Virus record (IMG/VR): IMGVR_UViG_3300005286_000487
Span: 1-51,261 of that record
Strand: one strand, 5' to 3'
DNA length: 51,261 nt
From: a virus
Taxonomy: Duplodnaviria > Caudoviricetes
The translations under genes were made by a program, and so were the position numbers. Below, piece after piece: positions 46,470 to 51,261 of the stretch. Within the stretch, counting starts at the first letter, position 1. Every line of letters begins with the position of its first letter. The notes beneath the pieces were generated by a model. It ran no database searches, was not told the DNA's origin, and was given only the letters and a program-made list of their open reading frames with translations.

Positions 46470-46798
46470 TGCTGGATCAAGTGATCATGTTCTTCCAGGA
46501 GTGGGGTTGGCTAATGGCTCTGTTCCTTTTTGTTGCGGTACTCATGGCAGCCGACTTCTTCCCGCGTGTATACGAGTTTGTGGCGCACATCGAGAGCAAA
46601 TATCCTCACTTCGAGACGCTACTGAATAAGAAAGAGCAGGAGCTGATCGATCGGTATGAGTTCCTGCCAGCTCGGATCCGCAACGGCTTTGCTCTGATCG
46701 GCGGGAAAGTTGCATGGGCATGTCTGGTTACCAGGATGTATCGCTTCATGCGAGAACGGACCAAACGAACGATAAATAAAGAAGAAACCGAGGTATAA
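46466..46798 (+). CDS. Membrane protein coupled to endolysin
   Basis: ATGA overlap; N-terminal TM; followed by terminator 46806-46850. Confidence 0.65.
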   Translation: MMLDQVIMFFQEWGWLMALFLFVAVLMAADFFPRVYEFVAHIESKYPHFETLLNKKEQELIDRYEFLPARIRNGFALIGGKVAWACLVTRMYRFMRERTKRTINKEETEV

Positions 46799-47025
46799 GA
46801 CAAGCGCCCCATTTGGTAGAGAGATCTGCTAGATGGGGCTTTTCTATTTTCTGGGACAAATGTATTATGTAGTTATGTGGATGAGTGACTTAAGAATCAT
46901 TTTGTTATGTGCCCAAAATTCAAGTGTAGGTGTTCATCCTAAATAAGTTCCTGAAGGAAAAACTGGAAGGAATTTGTTATTTATTGTCGAACAAAACAAA
47001 CACCAGTATTGAAGGAGCGAATAAC

Positions 47026-48336
47026 ATGACTGCAGAAATAGGGATCATGAATAGAATGGGTGTAGCATTAGCAGCTGATAGCGCAGTTACTGTTGGTTCT
47101 AGCGGAAGGCAAAAAGTATTCAATTCTGCTGATAAGTTGTTCTCTTTATCAAAAAGACATCCGGTCGGTATCATGGTATACGGCGGGGCAGATTTCATGG
47201 GGGTTCCGTGGGAGACTATAATTAAAGTATATCGAGAAGGTCTTGGAAAGGATACCTTCCCTAAACTGAGCGAATATGCGGATAACTTTTTTGAATTTCT
47301 AACCACTGACCAGCGATATGTGACTGAGCAATCAGAGGAAATGCTTGTATTAAGAAATTTTTACGCGCATCTCAACGTCCTCTTAGAAAGAGTTAATAAA
47401 GTCATTTACGCTGTCTTCAAAAATGCTGAGCCTTTTGAGTATCAAGTTGCACATATTCTTTCTGCAGAAGTGGAGTATGAGCTACATTCCCTGAATAGAT
47501 TAAAGTACCTACAGGGTTTTAGTGAGGATTTTATTTCTGAATTTTTAGGCAAACACGGTTCAGGTATTATACAAATAATTAATGATCAAATTAACTTTAC
47601 TGTGGACGATGATACCTTACATTGGATGCTGCAAATATCCGCTTTATTATTTTGTAAGGATATTTTTCAACACAATACGACTGGTGTTGTTATAGCTGGA
47701 TACGGTGATGACGAAATTTTTCCAATACTACATGAATACACAGTTGAAGGCATTGTTAATGGTGTTTTAAAATACAAGTTAAAGCAGGTAACAGAAGTAG
47801 CTGCTGAACGGTCGAGTGAAAAAGTAACTGCTGCCATTTTGCCTTTCGCACAGCAAGAAATGGTTCACTCATTCACGAAGGGTATTGATCCGGCGTTAAA
47901 GAACACAATAATAGAGACACTGCATAATGTATTAAAGCACTATCCAGGGGCTATTGACCATGCGCTAATGGAAAATGGTGAGGGGCCTCTAAGTGATAGT
48001 TCAAGTGAGATTATCAAACAGGTAAGTTTAGATGCATTTGAAGCAATTCAAAAACACATAGAGAAAATACAAATGGAAGTATATGCAAGACCAATCGTTG
48101 ACATTGTTTCGATACTTCCAAAAGATGAATTGGCTGCAATTGCAGAAGCATTAGTTAATCTTACTTCTTTTAAAAGAAAAGTTTCTATTGATGCAGAGAC
48201 AGTTGGTGGGCCAATAGACGTTGCTATTATTTCTAAAGGCGACGGTTTTATTTGGATAAAGCGAAAACATTACTTTAAGCCTGAATTGAATTACAATTTT
48301 TTCCAAAATTACTTAAGAGGTGATAATCATGCTTAA
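47026..48336 (+). CDS. Putative Ntn-hydrolase / proteasome-beta-like protein (moron)
   Basis: MTAEIGIMN..GVALAADSAVT...ADKLF, C-terminal TVGGPIDVAII; AAGGAG RBS before ATG 47026; AT-rich. Confidence 0.7.
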   Translation: MTAEIGIMNRMGVALAADSAVTVGSSGRQKVFNSADKLFSLSKRHPVGIMVYGGADFMGVPWETIIKVYREGLGKDTFPKLSEYADNFFEFLTTDQRYVTEQSEEMLVLRNFYAHLNVLLERVNKVIYAVFKNAEPFEYQVAHILSAEVEYELHSLNRLKYLQGFSEDFISEFLGKHGSGIIQIINDQINFTVDDDTLHWMLQISALLFCKDIFQHNTTGVVIAGYGDDEIFPILHEYTVEGIVNGVLKYKLKQVTEVAAERSSEKVTAAILPFAQQEMVHSFTKGIDPALKNTIIETLHNVLKHYPGAIDHALMENGEGPLSDSSSEIIKQVSLDAFEAIQKHIEKIQMEVYARPIVDIVSILPKDELAAIAEALVNLTSFKRKVSIDAETVGGPIDVAIISKGDGFIWIKRKHYFKPELNYNFFQNYLRGDNHA

Positions 48337-48508
48337 GTTAGGTGTTATTCCCGAATTCGCAAATGAGAATAAACAATTCTTTAAGTTGCCTGAAGTGAAA
48401 ACTAAACATGATCATTTTAAAAGAGAAAGAAAGCCCATCGAACAAAGTGTTGCAGACTCAATAATTGATGAGGTTAAGAAAAAAGCAACACAAAGAAAAT
48501 TAAAATAA
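48329..48508 (+). CDS. Small basic protein coupled to the Ntn-hydrolase-like gene
   Basis: GAGGTGA RBS, 8-bp overlap; terminator 48513-48544. Confidence 0.6.
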   Translation: MLKLGVIPEFANENKQFFKLPEVKTKHDHFKRERKPIEQSVADSIIDEVKKKATQRKLK

Positions 48509-48546
48509 CTATAAAATACTCCACTTAATAGTGGGGTATTTTTTAA

Positions 48547-48595
48547 TTGCATGTTCGCAAGTTGTTCGCATATAATACAAGCGAACTAACGTTCT
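48547..48595 (+). promoter_or_regulatory. Sigma-A promoter with Gram-positive LexA (SOS) box
   Basis: TTGCAT-18-TATAAT (48547-48576); CGAAC-TAAC-GTTCT at 48582-48595. Confidence 0.75.
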
Positions 48596-48613
48596 TATCT
48601 GGAGGCGAACAGC

Positions 48614-48829
48614 ATGAGAAAGCAACTGCAAAGAGCCATAGAACGGCATCAGCATATCCATATCATCTACTTGTCTGGAGACGGCCAGACAACACAGCGA
48701 ACCTTGCGGCCCCTCGAAATCGCAGGCGACCGACTGAAAGCGTACTGTCTTGCACGGCGAGCGCCGCGTGTCTTTGTGATTGACAACATCCTTGCTGTGC
48801 AATCGGTGGTGGAACGCCATGCTATCTGA
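48614..48829 (+). CDS. Small WYL-like protein
   Basis: IIYLSGDGQTTQRTLRP...AYCLARRAPRVFVIDNILA. Confidence 0.7.
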   Translation: MRKQLQRAIERHQHIHIIYLSGDGQTTQRTLRPLEIAGDRLKAYCLARRAPRVFVIDNILAVQSVVERHAI

Positions 48830-49172
48830 TAAAAGGTCATCAAAATTAACCAATCCAACACTAGGACGTTTCGTGCTTCCTCAACAGCGGGAATTGTACT
48901 TGCAGATGAAGGAAGACGAGAAGCTGGTACATATGCCTGTGCTTGAGCAGGACGAGCTGGAGTCTTTCCAGTACCAACTCCGTGACTCGGCCCGCGAGGA
49001 CTACGCCATCACGGTAACTTGGTGGAAACAGGTAAAAGGCGAGCTGGGAACAACCTGTTCCATGTGGGGCACCGTGAAGTGGATCGATCAGAACGCGCGA
49101 CGGATCAAGCTGGTAAATGATGAAGATGTTCAATGGGTTCCATTAGATAATGTAACAGCGATTTCAAGTTAA
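48819..49172 (+). CDS. YolD-like protein
   Basis: RFVLPQQRE...PVLEQDELE...GTVKWID. Confidence 0.8.
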   Translation: MLSDKRSSKLTNPTLGRFVLPQQRELYLQMKEDEKLVHMPVLEQDELESFQYQLRDSAREDYAITVTWWKQVKGELGTTCSMWGTVKWIDQNARRIKLVNDEDVQWVPLDNVTAISS

Positions 49173-49279
49173 GTGATTGTCGAAGGGTGTCGGACAATTA
49201 CCCTTGCTCACCCTTGGGTACTTGGATTATCGTGGAAATGTCACGAATATAGTCCTAGGACCATCAGGAGGAAAAGCCA

Positions 49280-50233
49280 TTGAAATTTTTGAAGTTCATA
49301 GGTTGGGTTTTTATTCCTTATATCATGATCCTTTTTCAATGGAAGAAGATCGGGGCGATTGGTAAGGGATTAGGAACCGCATGGGCATTAATTGTTCTGA
49401 TTTCTAGTATTGGTAATGCTGCCAGCGAGAAAAAGCCAGTTCAAACAGTTTCAATTCAAGAGAATAAGTCTACAGAGGTAAAGCAAAAGGAAGTAGCTCA
49501 AATAGCTTCCCAAAATCAATCGAACCAGACACCTACAACCGACTCTCAAGCGGTAACGCCAACTGCCTCACGTATTCAAGCGAAAGTTCTTGAGGTAACA
49601 GACGGCGATACAATCAAGGTTGAGTTAAACGGTAAGGAGGCAGCTGTTCGTTTTCTTCTGGTCGATACCCCGGAAACCAAACATCCACAGCATGGCGAAC
49701 AGCCCTTCGGAAAAGAAGCATCAAATTTCACTAAAGATTTGCTAAGTGGGAAGACGGTAGAGTTAGAACAGGATGTTAATAATGGACCCGATAAGTACGG
49801 TAGGCTCTTGTATTACATCTATGTGGAAGGGAAGTCTGTCCAAGAAATGCTACTTGAAAAGGGGCTAGCTAGGGTTGCGTACATATATGCTCCAAACGTA
49901 AAATACGTTGATCAGTATAAGGCGATTCAAGAAAAGGCGCAAAAGGAAGGACTTGGTATTTGGTCCGTAGAGAACTATGCCCAAGAAGATGGTTACCATC
50001 CGGATGTTATTAAGAAAAATGAGCCGGCATCTACCAAAGCACAAACAACTGTGTCCGAGTCGAAAGAAAACACTCAACCAGCCCCGGTCACTACACCGCA
50101 GCCAGTTCAGGAAGTGTACTATGCGAATTGTAGCGAAGCAAAGGCTGCAGGTGCTGCTCCTCTGTATAGGGGAGAGCCTGGTTATAGAGCAAAGTTAGAT
50201 CGAGATAACGACGGTGTAGCTTGCGAAAAGTAA
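49280..50233 (+). CDS. Membrane-anchored thermonuclease (SNase) with Excalibur Ca-binding domain
   Basis: DGDT, RFLLVDTPET, DKYGRLL; YANCSEAKAAGAAPL...DRDNDGVACE. Confidence 0.92.
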   Translation: MKFLKFIGWVFIPYIMILFQWKKIGAIGKGLGTAWALIVLISSIGNAASEKKPVQTVSIQENKSTEVKQKEVAQIASQNQSNQTPTTDSQAVTPTASRIQAKVLEVTDGDTIKVELNGKEAAVRFLLVDTPETKHPQHGEQPFGKEASNFTKDLLSGKTVELEQDVNNGPDKYGRLLYYIYVEGKSVQEMLLEKGLARVAYIYAPNVKYVDQYKAIQEKAQKEGLGIWSVENYAQEDGYHPDVIKKNEPASTKAQTTVSESKENTQPAPVTTPQPVQEVYYANCSEAKAAGAAPLYRGEPGYRAKLDRDNDGVACEK

Positions 50234-50240
50234 TAAACGA

Positions 50241-50277
50241 ACCCGTCTCCGCGCTGGGCAGAGGCGGGTCTTTTTTT
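50241..50277 (+). terminator. Intrinsic terminator
   Basis: ACCCGTCTC/GAGGCGGGT stem plus T7. Confidence 0.75.
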
Positions 50278-50552
50278 CAGTACCTGTCCATGTAGTCCGA
50301 CATGTAGACGAATCTGGCCCCGCCGCCGATCATGTACCGTTTCAACTTCTCTCGAAACGTCTGGTCTGCTAGTGCCAGCTCAACCACAAACGCCTGAGCA
50401 CTCCCGAGCGACCGATTCCGTTTTGCTCTCCCGTTGAATATCGGATTCCGGAAGTCGAGGTTATCCGCGATCTGGATCAGGTTGCTGTATGTTACACGCG
50501 AATGCGTCGATGTTACCCGTGGTAATTCAATAAAAGATTCCCCGATGTCCAT
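50277..50552 (-). CDS. Hypothetical protein
   Basis: Purine-rich RBS before ATG at 50552. Confidence 0.55.
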   Translation of the reverse strand: MDIGESFIELPRVTSTHSRVTYSNLIQIADNLDFRNPIFNGRAKRNRSLGSAQAFVVELALADQTFREKLKRYMIGGGARFVYMSDYMDRY

Positions 50553-50690
50553 TCCTCTTTCACTCCCTTCCCGGTTCAATTCAAAAACGTCAGAAAATTA
50601 GCTTGATGCAGAAACATCATTCAGCACAGTGCACAGAGAAAGGCCCCTTCGAAATAGCGGGGAAGGGGAAGCGCAGCATAGCGCTACACA

Positions 50691-51047
50691 CTACCGATAG
50701 ATAACATCACCGCGCTTGATCGATCCATCAAGTGCTGCTCTAACGAGCTTCTCATCATCAAAGCTTATACGCTTTCCCGTCCCAACTTCCTCTGCTTGCA
50801 CCCGTCCGCGACTTACCGAAACGACCCGATATCCCCCTTCCGAAGAAACCGGAGCAGCAGGCACGTAAAGCGAATGAGCGATGGACAAAAGGACTCCAAA
50901 ACTCAGGACGGCCAGCAGGCTCCAGGACGTTTTCTTGGCCAGGTTTTCCACGTCCGCCGGAGTGTCGCTCTCATCAAAATCATCAGGCTCATCATAAAAA
51001 CGCGGCGGCCGTCGATCTTCGCGGTAGTACCTACGCTTTCTGGACAT
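50691..51047 (-). CDS. Single-TM hypothetical protein
   Basis: TM segment WSLLAVLSFGVLLSIAHSLYV; overlaps upstream ORF. Confidence 0.6.
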   Translation of the reverse strand: MSRKRRYYREDRRPPRFYDEPDDFDESDTPADVENLAKKTSWSLLAVLSFGVLLSIAHSLYVPAAPVSSEGGYRVVSVSRGRVQAEEVGTGKRISFDDEKLVRAALDGSIKRGDVIYR

Positions 51048-51261
51048 CAGCAGCCACCGCCCTTCTGACTGGCACCGGAGTTCCGATGCCCATGCGTTTC
51101 GGTTCGCTCGTTGCCTGGCGTTCTGCGATCCGGGCGAGTGCCAATGGCTTCAAACGCTCCTTCACCCATCCGCTAAAGTTCAAGCTGCCCGACAACTCAT
51201 ACATCTCTTTTTCAATCACGTCGTCAAGATTGAAATAGACCGTCCTACGATCCGACGCCAT
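51031..51261 (-). CDS. Putative ribbon-helix-helix DNA-binding protein
   Basis: RTVYFNLDD...EMYE...NFSGWVKERL strand-helix-helix pattern. Confidence 0.5.
   Translation of the reverse strand: MASDRRTVYFNLDDVIEKEMYELSGSLNFSGWVKERLKPLALARIAERQATSEPKRMGIGTPVPVRRAVAADVQKA

Larger units (their letters stand above)
1..51261. mobile_element. Temperate prophage with PBSX/Xkd-like contractile tail; att sites not visible in window
   Basis: Canonical module order: integrase, immunity, recombination/replication, late activator, terminase, portal, capsid, sheath/tube, baseplate, holin, endolysin, cargo. Confidence 0.96.

Noticed and set aside
48584-48591. AACTAACG matches the phage operator half-site
   Set aside because: No second arm at the 5-bp spacing; better explained as part of the LexA box
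50580-51261. attR / prophage right boundary
   Set aside because: Window starts at the integrase stop so attL is not available for comparison, and serine integrase cores are too short to spot by eye

Overview
The window is almost entirely one temperate prophage of a Bacillales host (Brevibacillus/Paenibacillus-like, inferred from protein families and RBS/promoter style) with a PBSX/Xkd-type contractile tail. Gene order: large serine integrase; a leftward immunity operon (CI, ImmA, SF2 helicase plus a 115-aa partner); a CI/Cro switch with 21-bp palindromic operators; early genes; YqaJ-RecT; a replication initiator with internal repeats; antirepressor; RusA; a 180-aa tyrosine recombinase followed by a variable gene array; a sigma-like late activator; packaging, head and tail genes; holin and amidase; right-arm cargo (Ntn-hydrolase-like protein, SOS-boxed WYL-like/YolD pair, thermonuclease). 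No att site, tRNA, rRNA or CRISPR array was seen. Most notable: (1) a degenerate palindromic site (about TTnACAmA-N8-TTTGWA) lies right after the tyrosine recombinase and recurs at the junctions of the downstream genes, suggesting an integron-like cassette array (inference); (2) a C5 DNA methyltransferase split across two nested reading frames, the inner frame carrying motif IX and four W[PA]TP repeats; (3) candidate defence or toxin cargo: helicase plus partner, proteasome-beta-like protein plus partner, and a MuF protein with a JAB-like tail plus a small downstream ORF. All family calls come from motif recognition by eye, not database searches.
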